Shown: one piece after another, positions 27,101 through 38,896 of the stretch | How the letters are laid out: each line of letters starts with the position of its first letter | Numbering within the stretch: the first letter of the stretch is position 1 | Made by a program: the position numbers and the translations under genes | DNA from: Marsupella aquatica | Lineage: Eukaryota; Plantae; Marchantiophyta | Direction of reading: 5' to 3' | DNA: 64,000 bases | NCBI GenBank assembly: GCA_973895155.1 | Contig: OZ316893.1 | Span: forward strand, 14,724,645 to 14,788,644 | The notes under the pieces: generated by a model | Seen by the model: the letters and a program-made list of their open reading frames with translations, nothing else | Database searches by the model: none | What the model was told of the DNA's origin: nothing

Positions 27101-28862
27101 ACATGTACCTTTAACCCAATTGAAATCATAAATTGGATCTCTAGACTTGATTGAAAAAAACCTCCCTACTTGACAGTTGTTCTGATAATTTGCAGCTGAC
27201 CTGTGAATTATTTGTAGCCAGAACTTCCTGTAGAGAGCGGAAATGTTTCTGATGCTGGCACAACTTGACATTCAATTTTGACTATTCCAGAATCTATTCA
27301 ATGCTGAAGTGAAGCAATTGAAGGCAAAATTAAAGATGTATGAAATGGAGGACAAAGCTGGTCATGGTAGGTTTGAGGAGGTTCAGAAGGAGCTGCAGGT
27401 GATGCAAAATAAGCTGGTTGCACTCGAGCGATCTCGAGGCCTGTTGGAGTCTCGTCTCAAAGAAGAAACCTCTGCTCGGTCCCAACTGGTGTCCCAGTTG
27501 TTTACGTTGCGCAAGGTTGTCACATAAGACTATCGTTCAACAGAATTGCAGAATTGATATTATCATTTCCCCAATAGAGATGATATATGAAAAACTTTCT
27601 GATCTCAGAATTTTTGCAGGAACAATTTAGATCCATCCCTTCTACTTCCTCAATTGAGATTCTACTTTGTGCTACTATAAACGTTTTCATGTTGATCATA
27701 TATTGCATGTATCAAGTGACTCTGTTCGTATACGACTGTAACATTTTGAAGTGAGATTCATTTGATGCTTTCGTGTGATCACGGTTGCCCATTTCTTAGC
27801 TTCTTTCTCTAATTAGAAATGCCAAAAGAACTAGCTTCAAAAGTGGGACGTTTATATGGTGATCTAAGTTGAGAGGAATTGGAACAATATATACAGAGTA
27901 AGTCTACACTAACGAACATAACCCATACTCTTAGAGGTCACCTTCAAAACAATCAATTCATTCTTGCACTCGTGTGAATTTAGGAAAACGAAAAATTGAA
28001 GACAGAGCTAGACACTCTGAAGTTGAACCAAAAGGTAACTATTTCAACTTCCTGTCCATTTTACTCATGACCTCTATTGCAGAGATCTGTGTTCCCAGTA
28101 GTTCATTTTCTCTTATCGTTGTCAACAAGAAGTTTGAGAAAAGTTTTCGTTACCCACTGAAGCATTGCATGTTTAGCACAATACTAGTGCTTCAGTGGTA
28201 GAAGTTTGGAGTGTGTATGGCATAGATAACCTATTAACCAGAAGCTCAATGATTTGTTGCTACCTCGTGTCCGACTTCTGATCATCATGCTTGTGATCTG
28301 AGAGCAGTTTTTGGTACGACAACCTCGAAGTGGACGCATCCCAGTGGAAAAGATGGACCTCATGAATACAATGAACCAACTCTTGCTAGAAATGAACAAA
28401 CTTAAGGGCGATAAAGTCTCGTTGGAAGAAGAGCTGAAATTGCAACGAAGATCTCACGTTCGAGAGCATGTGGAAAGAAATGTCACTGCTCGCGATGTTG
28501 CAATGGCGGCCAGCAACAAGGTTGTTCATTCAATTGCTTCCTGAAGGCCAACCTTTTCCAGATCGAGAGCATGAATGAAGTTAAAAGTTATTTCCTTGTT
28601 GAAAAATTCATTCAACACTTTTGTGTACAGAACAGGGATCTAATATTGGTTCATAATAAGCAATATAGTGTGAAGTATTAAGGGTGATAAGTTGTTGAAG
28701 CAGGTTGGTGACGCTGAATTGGCAACCAAGTTGGCAACGTCTCGTTTACAACAACTAGGGCATGGTGGATCCAAGCACGGTGCATTGACACCAATGTCAC
28801 AACTTTCATTGACAAACAACGGTGAAATCGTGAACGGTATGGCTATGATTGACATGATGTGA
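18118..28862 (+). CDS. Uncharacterised coiled-coil protein, ~459 aa model; exons 18118-18169 (tentative), 23732-23775 (tentative), 24237-24347, 24977-25402, 26650-26799, 27291-27515, 28308-28520, 28704-28862
   Basis: The six downstream exons are bounded by canonical AG/GT, all phase 0 and stop-free. They encode heptad-like E/K/Q/L-rich helices such as LKSEVDQLKGLLQ, LKQENEELKAELQLARE and EVQKELQVMQNKLVALE. The two 5' exons fit in phase (1 then 0) but are inferred. No recognisable family. Confidence 0.7.
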
Positions 28863-31434
28863 CTCGAAGGTCCAGATGATTTCAGAGCCATATCTTGAAG
28901 TCAATTTAGAACGAACACCCCACAGCTGCAGCAGCTTCATTGTAGGGCCTTATGTTTATAAATATTTACAATACATGGAATTATTAACACCCCTTGGGCC
29001 TCTGTTGGAAGTCCATCCCAAATCATACTCTCTCTTGTTCCAAGCCTTGGCTTTTGTAGCATACGGCAAAATGGGTCTCATTCAAGCTATCCACTGTTTG
29101 TGCGGGTAGAACTTGAATCACCCGACGTTTTTGTGTACTTTTACGGTTCGAGCAATAAAAACTCTCTTCTTTCATACTCCTCCATTGCTATCCTAACACT
29201 TGATATTCCACCACCCTGTCTAATTCTTCTGCATTCAGAGTCACTTGTAGTTCAGAATAGCTCTAATTCTCACTGGGAATGTAACGACGAAAATAGGAAA
29301 TGAACATATGGGATTTAGTTTCCAAGAAGGGACGAAGGGAAATGATTTTGGAAGTATGACAATGATGTATACAACATAGTATACAAAGCACTGTAGTAGA
29401 AATGACAGAATATACCTTTGCTTTCAGTTTTACGATTCTTTCACTCTGAATTTATCACTATCAATTTCAGATGACAGAAAAGTAAATCACAATTTCACGT
29501 TGGTATGACCGCAAAGCCAGAGTTGGTGTTGTCGTGTTTTTAATTGCAAACCAAAAAGACTTACGTTATTACAACAGAAAATTTAGTCTAAGATCTCTAA
29601 TCTCCAAGTACGACATTGCTTGGGTGTTGAAATTACACCAGCAATTGGGGAACCTCCAGCTTATCAATCCATTGGGATGTTGAAGAGGATGCTGATGGTG
29701 AGGTACAGTTAATTAACCACTCAGGGGTCCTATCTACCCAGAGGGAAGAGGTTGTGGGAGCAGAAACTCCTCTAAATTGATCAGCTTGTTGCCTCAAGCG
29801 CCTTGTTGGATGCCCTTCAGTTGAAATGGACATCCAAGGAACGGCAGGGATGATAAAACTTTCAAATAATCGCGCTTTCAGACTAGCTTTCTCAGCGAGG
29901 GCAACTTCAAAAATCGGTCATTGAACGGTGACAGATGGAGACGCTTTTTGACTATAAACGGACGCCATACATTGCGTACGAGTAAACGCTTCACCCAACC
30001 AATTTTGATGCTAGCTCTATCGATTAATACTTGGAAGATACCTCATAAAGTCATTTAGGGATGACATCATCGAGATGAACACTTCAACAGTTCGATGTGA
30101 ACCTGGTGGATACACTAGGCACATTTGAGTTTCGAGATTGCAGACACTTGGAGGAGAGCTTTCAACTTCCAGTTTGTACTAGCAACACTACCACCCTGGC
30201 AACTTCACATCTGCTACAGTGATGGACATAAAAATGTTTACATCTGCAAGCTGGAAAGCGAACACTATCGACCTCATTGTGAGATAAGATTCGAAAATTT
30301 CACCACCCGAAGCGAGAATTCACTACCAAGGCTAAAGCTTTCCAACAACGCTTGGCCAGCTGCTGAAGAGAACAAATTTCAAACAACTCGTCATCGATGG
30401 GAATTAAAAAACTTACGGACGACAAGTTGGCTGGGAAAGAAAGCAGCTTGATTCTGTAAGCCTGCTAGCCACTTACCAATGTTGTCGAGTTTCGATTTTG
30501 TTTGTGCCGTGTGGTAATCCATTCCTTCGACATCTCACACATGAAGTAGTTGATACTGCGGCTGTTACTACACAACTTTCAACTCATCAGTCCAAGGCCC
30601 TTGAAAGGAATTGAACGTGGCAGATATTATCGGAACTGTAGTAAACCCCAGCTTCACCGTGCCCACGTTTCCTCGTGCCTGCGTCACTCTCCTGCGAACT
30701 CTTGATAATCTCTTCATTCTGTAATTTGATTCGGCTGAACTTCACTTCCATGTTTAAGGTCACACTACCGCAGACTCGGGTAAAACTCACAATCAAGTTC
30801 ATTCAGGGCCTTTATGAGTGCTTCCAGGGCGATCTCCAGATTGCTCTCCCTCACAATTTTGGTTTAGCCAATGAACTTTAAGAAATTTCAATTTTAATAA
30901 ATGTATTTCCAGATGAACACTGTATCGTTCTGCAACCCCTTGTCAAGGGCTCCTCTAGCTCAGACCAATTATTGGGTTTGTAGCCATTTCGTGACGACCT
31001 CTGATGACAGCAGATAAATTCAAATTTGGAACGACCGACATGGGGATCGTTCAGGTTAAAGGAAAGTACCATCAAAATACAGAAGGCTTAGCAAAACTCT
31101 CCCTCAACACTGACAACGACCCTTACCAGTAGGGACTAATACAGACCACACATTTGCCAACACTGTACAGTCTCGACAAAATGCGTTTCTAATTGTGCCA
31201 CCAGTGAATCCACCTTCGGAATAAGCTCACCAGCATTGAATTGAATGATTGATACAAACATCTCCCTGAAGATACATGACTATATGTAGTTCCCAACTTT
31301 CAATCAGAAAACTAACAAAATTGATCTAAGAACTCATAGGCTTCACCAATATGAAGCCTGACTCTTAGTGTACTACATCAAGACAGCAGCTGTAGGCCAA
31401 CTCCCCATTCTTCTGTTTACAGTCGAAAGAGGAC

Positions 31435-34400
31435 TCATTCCAATTGCACACGCTCCAGATCATTTATAATATCCTCAAACTGTGCACAATCCAACCAGAG
31501 ATTACACTTGCAATCAGCACCTTCGAAATGATTAACCTCCACTCATATATGGGCATGAACTACGCAAAGAGAGAAAAAGCACGATGACGTTCTTACCCTG
31601 GTGATGTGCCGAATGAAATAATCTCCAAAGCGTTTGGTGACCTTTGTGTCAGCAATATGAACCATGTCCTGACAGCCGAAAGTCAAAGTTCAGTGTCTAG
31701 AAGCACAGGTATCTGGGTTAAAAATTAAACACAACTCGACTCTATGCAGACTTTGAAAGCGATCAAAATCCACGGAAGGCCTGGGTAGAAAGTCAATCAA
31801 GCCCTCCTTAGAGAAAGGCATCCCAGCTGGGCAAGTAACATAAATTCATTCACAAGATGGCAGGCTAAAAGGGTTCTCTATATCTGCAATATATACCCTT
31901 CTACACGTATCACACGAACTCTTCAAATATTTTAGGACGATTGAGCCATAAATGTCAGCCAAGGACAATCAGAGGTGATATCAGAACCCAACAAGAAGTG
32001 ACATGACAAGAGGAGGGTTCCCAAAGGCCAGCAGTCACTGACATGGAGATAAGTTTCTAGATATGTACTCACATCATCAATATAGAACTCCACATCTGCA
32101 TTGGATAGGACACTCCCATCTGTGTCGATGACATGTGTCTTGTGCTTATATGTCAAAAGTGCCATTCTGCAAAAACCCAGTAAATTATTTTACTCAGTAA
32201 GAAATCACCCATTCACAGAACTATCGGGATCGGGAACAGGACAGCATTAGTAACCAGTCTTGAATACTGATGATTGCTTGAAAGAGAAAGCTCTCAAGCT
32301 AGCATAATAAGGCGTTTAGGGTTGGGTTTGGTGGCGTGCATGCAACTACTAAAGAGTTCCTCGAGTTTTCAATTAGCTTGCTGGCACTGGAGAAGAAGAT
32401 GGCTTATTAAAAAAGCTACCTTAGAGTAGGCTCATCAATGTCCATGAACGAGGCAAGCTTCGCGATGGAGATGGTTGTGTACAGCTTCAAAAAGCTGCGA
32501 ATGCTTGAAAGCAGATGTTGCTGCCTAACCTCTGAGAGGAAAAGCTTCAACTGGAGCCTGTACGCATCCTGTATAATGGTCCCACCAACCAAATGCTATG
32601 ATTGTGAGAATGAGATTAAACCTTTCCAGGAGAGTCATAGACATTCAACTTTTGCGTATAAGTAAAGCTGACATTATGCCTATCTGACCTGATTGTAGTT
32701 GACGATCGGCTCATCATAATTGGGAGGAGAAGGAGTGATGAACTTAGGGCAGGCATATGAAAAAAGTTCATCAAAGACCGTCTCATCACTTCGCTGCATG
32801 CGGAGCATCTTGTCGGCATGCTTCTCACGCAAGTAATTGTTGACATTCTCTTCCACCAGCTTGCCATGGGGGGAGAGGGACAAGCACATAGCCAATAAGG
32901 CATACATCTGCTCATTCTTTTTATTGATTTGGTCAATCTGAGGAGACCGCTGATGAAACTGCTTGGTCTTGTGGATATACAGTAACACCTGATTGAAAGC
33001 CCTAATCGAATCCACGTATCTGCCATGAAGAGCATGAGATATAAGAATCACGAGCAGATCTTAAAATGAGGTGAAAATGAGAAATAATTTGCTGAAGAGA
33101 GGACAGGCCGCTCCAAACATTGGTACCCATGGGTTCCTTACATACAATTAAATTTTGTCTGAAAATAGGATACCAAACGATAAGAGCAGAAAAGCATCAG
33201 GGCACTAACCTCCTCAACATCATGTTGGCAAATCCGAAGTAGTATATCGTGGTGATTTGACAACCTATTACAGTGCTGTAGACCCCAGGTGCACTGATAT
33301 CAATTGGGGCCAGAGCCCTCAACCCGCTGTGATAATCACCTAGCAGACAGTGAACACGAAGCAAACCCACAATACTGAAGTACCCCAGCACTTTCAGCAC
33401 GTTGGTACCTCCATGATAATCATATCCGTCTGTGGCAGTAAACGTGACAGTGCCGTCCTTCTCTTCGTCCAGTATTTGGATGATCATAGATTTGTCGATA
33501 AGCGCCTGTAGGTAATTCAGTACGCCGTATACGTTCCACACCTGTCTCATACCAGAAAACTGTTTCAACATCGGAGTACGCACGGATGGCAACGGAATTG
33601 AATCACACCACCCTACAATCAGAACTTCCGCACAATCACAGCCCACAACGCCAGGCAACTGTAACGATACGTGATAGGACTAATGAGATCCGGTTCACAA
33701 CAGATCATGGAGGTAGACCAGGAAGGAAGTCACCTAAAACCTAAGCAGATATCCCGAACAGAAACATTCAAGGCAGATTAACGAGAGATAATTGTCACTC
33801 AAAACCATATTTGTTCCATAAACTCGCACCTCTGATATGTTACCAGGGAAATGAGGAACATTCAACTCGGAAATCAATGGTGCGACCAACCAGCAGGGCA
33901 ACGGCACTCTCCACGACTCAACTAATTACCAGGAACAATAAACCCCAAGTACTACTGGTGAGAGAAGAAAATCTCAAAATCTACCACCCAGGAGTCGACC
34001 CCTGGACGATTGCAAAGGGTCATGTACATGCTGGGGATAAAAAAAGCGGGAGACCAGTGGATACGCATAGGTCCTGCAGTACAACACCTCTAATTCTTGC
34101 ACGTTTTAGCCAAGCAATCCTCCCAACAACCGATCTAAGCAAGAGCAATGGAGAAAACCCTAATTTGGGCCCAAAGCCCAGTCCAATACAGTAAACACAG
34201 CTAAAACCCTAGAAGAAAAGAGTGTACGAAACCGTCCCATAGATGACCTAATTATGGCACTGCATTGTGGTGGTCCGAAGCAAGATCAGTACCTCATCGC
34301 ATTGGCGCAGCATGGCAAGCTCCTGATCGGACTTAGACTTCAGCTTGGCGCGATACTGGCAGAACGACTGGAACTGGTAGATGAACTCGTCCACCATATC

Positions 34401-34997
34401 CCACAGCCACTGGTTCGGCAATTGCATGTTCACGTTCCCGTGCAGAATAACTTGAAACAAACTGCAATAATTGTCCCAAGAGTCACACCGCTGCTCCAAA
34501 GTCGGGGAGAGCAGAGCATACGCGTGCCGGAACCACATCTCCTTGTAGAGCAGACAGAACACATGGTCGTTCTCCACATATGGCGCGATGACCTCCACTG
34601 ACGGCCACGGCGTCTTCTGGTACATGCGCTCGCTCAGCTTCTGAAACGACCCCTCATACATCTGATGAATCTCATACACATTCTTCTCTCTGATGTGGCG
34701 GTAGAGGTAGACCACAAAGGTCTTCACCACGTCGGGGACATAGCTGTTGGGGTCGTAACCCGGCTCCGGGGGCTTAAGGTCCCGAAAACCATCGCGAAAC
34801 TCCGGGCGGTCGTCGTAGTCCTGCTCATATCGTTCACTCTCCTCATTGCCTCCGTATCCACCACCTCCTCCTCCTCCATATCCACCACCACCACCCCCTC
34901 CTCCTCCATATCCACCACCGCCACCTCCTCCTCCATATCCACCTCCTCCACCTCCACCTCCGCGGTCCCCTCTTCGATTATAATCATTGTAAGACAT
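31435..34997 (-). CDS. eIF3L: Eukaryotic translation initiation factor 3 subunit L, ~575 aa; exons 34997-34293, 33541-33210, 33019-32689, 32568-32420, 32166-32073, 31668-31597, 31479-31435
   Basis: Motifs [92 protein letters not shown] and [14 protein letters not shown]...[10 protein letters not shown]. All six introns are GT-AG and in phase; the spliced length is 1728 nt. Confidence 0.96.
34154..34212. promoter_or_regulatory. Telo-box plus site II (TGGGCY) cluster in eIF3L intron 1
   Basis: AAAACCCTAA (34154) is directly followed by TGGGCCCAAAGCCCA, and AAAACCCTAG occurs at ~34203. Confidence 0.45.
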
Positions 34998-35288
34998 CGT
35001 AGAGCTCTGCTCCTTTCTCGACAGTGCGATTCTTCGAGATTTGGGATCCTCGACTGAGTGAATTTCAGTCGATAAAATGGAGGAGAGGGAGAGAGCAGCG
35101 ATCGAGAGGTTCAGTCGTCGGCCACACAGCGAACGAAAGAAACCCCAATTTTACGATGAGAGTTTCCCAAATGTGAGGGTCTTCGGGAGGTCCAGAGTTA
35201 CCGCGCAGTTTGGAGGTAAACATTTGCGGTGAATTTGGTCAGGTAAGTTGACACTGCTCTACGGGGAAAACCACTGTGGTGAGTCACG

Positions 35289-35444
35289 TTTAGGGTTTCC
35301 CGCGTTGGATCTTACTCTTACCTTTTTTACCGCTATGAGAGACTGATTTCCACACGTACAGTAGGGGTAGCTTTACAAGATGAGAGGAGAGAGAGTTATA
35401 TCCACACTTAGAGTAAGGGCGGCTTTACAAGAAGTCCGGGCCCA
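35289..35444 (-). promoter_or_regulatory. Telo-box (35289-35298) and site II motif (35439-35444) upstream of eIF3L
   Basis: TTTAGGGTTT reads AAACCCTAAA on the gene strand, and GGCCCA reads TGGGCC. This pairing is typical of plant translation-machinery promoters. Confidence 0.55.
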
Positions 35445-37069
35445 TTAGAATTTTTTTGTGAACTATATGGGCAAATTGTTCTCATTAAAAAGCACATTTT
35501 GGGACAAAACGTCAATTACCCTAAAGTCTCCCTAAGAAATGGAGTATTACAAGAAAACTTTTGTTGAGATGCGCTATTGTGCTCATGTAGCTGTCAGGTG
35601 CTGCCCTCTAGTTGATGCGATGCCAAACAATAACTCACCCCAAAGTTGAGTGAAATTGTTGGTTGACTTACCTGGTTTCAACCACTTTCTGTACAATTTC
35701 ATAGTCTTCTTGTAGTTCCTTCTAAAATCAAGTCCTCAATCAAATCTAGAGCATATATTGAGCCTAAATGGCTGTTGGCTTTTAAACAACTCAGGGGCCC
35801 ATTCAGGTATGGTGTCTACTGGTCCTACATGGCATGGGGTGGAAGGCTTTATCTAATGTAGACTGCTCATTGGTCTAGAATTTTAGACCACCTCTATTGG
35901 TGGTCCAAACATTTCAATTTTTTCCTTCATTACAGCAATTTGCATCTATTGAAGTTCATTTCAAACTGATTTTGATCTAAAGTCTATTTTTACAACAAGA
36001 AAAGGCCACTTTGGTGAAAAAGTAAGTGCCCCAATATCTTGTAAAGCCACGTTAACTTACCGCTTATATTACTAGCTTGATTGCCCGTGTTTCCTTCCAC
36101 ACATTATAGTTGGAATGACTGACCAGTCCCTATGGTCACTTGCCAGCCCCACTTTTGTTTTTCTTTCAACCATAGAGCCACACAATGAGGGCTACACTTT
36201 ACTAATAGGCCCATTAATAGGTACAAAGCATAAATCAAGGCATATGGAATCACGGCCCTTGGTTTTAGTTTCTCTTAACCCAGAGTCATGCATGTAGGGT
36301 TTCACTCTACTAGTAGGTGCAGGCATTACTTTGCTTCGCCCATTATAGAATTAAATTATAGAATAAACAGACACTGTAGCTAGTCCAGCCATAAATTTTC
36401 TAATCAGTAAATCCACTCTGTAAGAATCCCTTTGTATTTGTTAAGAGCCTCCTCAGGAGGTAGCAAGATTTCAGACTAAATCATCAGATCTGACTTTCCC
36501 AAAATTGTATAGTTGCAGATGGTGAAGTAAAATTTGGGCTAGGGCAATGTCAACCACACATTTTTTGCAGAAGTAGCACCTCAAATTACTAGACCCAGCA
36601 AAGCTAGGTGGAAAGGAGACCCTCATCATAATTTAGAGTAACACACCTTTACTGCGCAAGTTCCCCAAAATATTTTGTATTTCACATCATTATTTCACAG
36701 TCTACTAGTGTCCCCAAGCACTATCATCTTCCCCTGAACACAACACCACGGCCTTGTATTTGAATAATGGGCCATGGGGAACTCTATTCAAATAGTGTGT
36801 CTGGGGTGTTGTTTTGAGTTTTGACTATGTGCTTTGAATTTTTGTACTTGAAGTGCATTGTGTCCAAATAGGGTGTTGTGCTTGATTGTTGACATTATCA
36901 TATGGTTCATGAATTTTTAGCTGTATGTGCTCAATGTAGAACAGTTTAAGGTCAAAACTCAAACACAATGTCCAACTCAAACACAATGCATGGGCATTGT
37001 GTTCAAGGTCAAATGTGATTTTGTCAAAGGACCCCAAAATTCCATTTTTGAATTGGGGGAAGACTGTAG

Positions 37070-37547
37070 CATAGGGACAATCAGGTTGGCACAATGCACC
37101 GCATGAAAAGTTAGTATTAAGTACTACATTTCAAATTATAGTGCAATGCCATAAATAATTTATCTTGATTCAATTTTTTACTTTACAAACTATGTGTACA
37201 GTGATGCATCTGTGTTTTACATCAGAATGCTCAGAATAATCCTAGAATTTATGATACATTCTAAAAGTTTTTCCACATATATGTCACATTGCCAAAGAAC
37301 AAAATGCGCCAAACCCTAAAACAGGATCTCAGAGGCAAGAGACCCGTAGAAAAGGGAGAAAACAAGGGAAAACCTCCAGAAAGACCAAAGAGTCAAAAAG
37401 AGTAAGAGTCCCACAAATGACTAAAGAACTGAACCCTACTAAGCAACAAACTTTAAAGCTAGGCAACCCTACCTACAGTTTGTAATTAGTAGCTACTCAA
37501 ATTTTCAACAAGTATTTATTTATTGTGCCAACCTGATTGCCCCTATG
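37070..37547. mobile_element. Non-autonomous TIR element (MITE-like), ~478 bp
   Basis: 26-bp terminal inverted repeats with one mismatch: CATAGGGACAATCAGGTTGGCACAAT (37070-37095) and ATTGTGCCAACCTGATTGCCCCTATG (37522-37547). No clear TSD was found and there is no internal coding capacity. Confidence 0.7.
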
Positions 37548-37761
37548 TCAATTTAGTGAGAGATATACTTGATAGACCCCAGAATGAAAATGTTACTTGA
37601 TGGACCCCATGAGTGATCCAGACCATTGATAGACCTTAAATCAACTTACCCAATATCTCGTCAACTAAAGGTTATTTTTAGATGTCCGTCAAGTTTATAT
37701 CTCTTAATCTAGCACACCTCAAGTTGCACTTCAACCAAGGACTCTTCTAAACCTGGGTTGT

Positions 37762-37985
37762 TAGGGCATGTCAAAACAACTCCATAAAAGAAATATGGAT
37801 CAAATTCTTTATGCACGCCATGAAGAAGATATGGGCAGAGACATAAAACTGTTTTTTTATGGCGAGTACATAACTCCTTACTAGCCTCAGTACATGCCCT
37901 ATAAGAATCTTTATGTCCTAAACTAAATACACTCGAGTCTTTATGTCCCCATTTTTTTCTTATGGGTTAATTTTGACACACCGTA
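37762..37985. mobile_element. MITE-like element (family also at ~46192-46348)
   Basis: It starts AGGGCATGTCAAAA and ends TTTTGACACACCGT (imperfect TIR). It has an internal ACATGCCCTA and CATAAAAC...TTTTATG palindromic motifs shared with the 46192 copy. Confidence 0.5.
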
Positions 37986-38229
37986 TTCAAGTCTGGAGTG
38001 CTTGAATGACTCGAAAATTGTCCAAGCAGCCACTGACCGCTCTCAATCTGTCACTGAAATTTCCAATGGACAAGATTCGGGTGTCCTGGATCAAATGGAA
38101 CTCTCCACGTTGAATCCACTGTCACGTGAAATTGGGAACCGCCTCCTGATCCATAGCTACATACGAGATTTTTCGTATGCAACGAGTTCTCACCACACGA
38201 GTTCTCACCAGATCCATGTCGTCATATTC

Positions 38230-38770
38230 AGGGTTTCGGGTTTAAGGTGAGCATGGAGGAATTGAAGATTTCTCGGTGAGAATTTCGCAACACTCTGATT
38301 GAGGAAGAGGAAAGAGGGTGCATGCGAAATGTTAGTCGACAAAGACTACTCACCACTTTTGTGTTACAGTAGATGGATTCTTTGTCTTTGTCTCAGAGGG
38401 TTTAGGGTTTAAGGTAAGCATCGACGAATTGAAGACTTCTCAGTGAGAATTTGGCAATGGCACTCTGATCGATGGAAACGTAAGAGAGTCCACCCGAAAT
38501 GTTAGTCCATAAAGACTACTCACCACTTCTGTGTTACAGTACATGGATTCGTGATCTCAGAGTTTAGGGTTTAAAGGCAAGCATCGACGATTTGAACGAG
38601 TTATTAGTGAGAAATTTATAATGGCTCTCTGATCGAGGAATCCTCAAGACAGCGCATACAAAATATCAGCTGCAAAGATCACTCACAAGTTCTATGTTAG
38701 ACAGATTCTGGATTTTCAGGGTTTAGGGTTTAAGACAGGCAGAGAGGAATTGAAGATCTCTCAGTCGATG
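38230..38770 (+). repeat. ~158-167 bp tandem repeat (3 full units and 1 partial) in the TBL3 5' leader; each unit has a telo-box and intron-like signals
   Basis: Unit starts AGGGTTT(A/C)GGGTTTAAG are at ~38230, 38397, 38561 and 38718. The next six bases are GTGAGC, GTAAGC, GCAAGC and ACAGGC. Shared internal sequence includes GAATTGAAGA, GTGAGAATTT, CTCTGAT, AAAGACTACTCACCACTT.TGTGTTACAG and TGGATT. Confidence 0.9.
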
Positions 38771-38896
38771 GAAGCAGCAGGGTTTGGGGTTTAACGGTTT
38801 AGCATGTGTGCAGGGCAGGGCAGTGTGAGCTTCGTTGAGGCAGATTGCAGATTGTAAGCACAGTGAGTAAGAGCCAGCAGCCAGCCAGCCAGCAAC

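Noticed and set aside
34254-35057. Plus-strand ORFs opposite eIF3L exon 1, and similar antisense ORFs over NPC, TBL3, PITP and pol
   Set aside because: They are shadow ORFs of genuine coding sequence.
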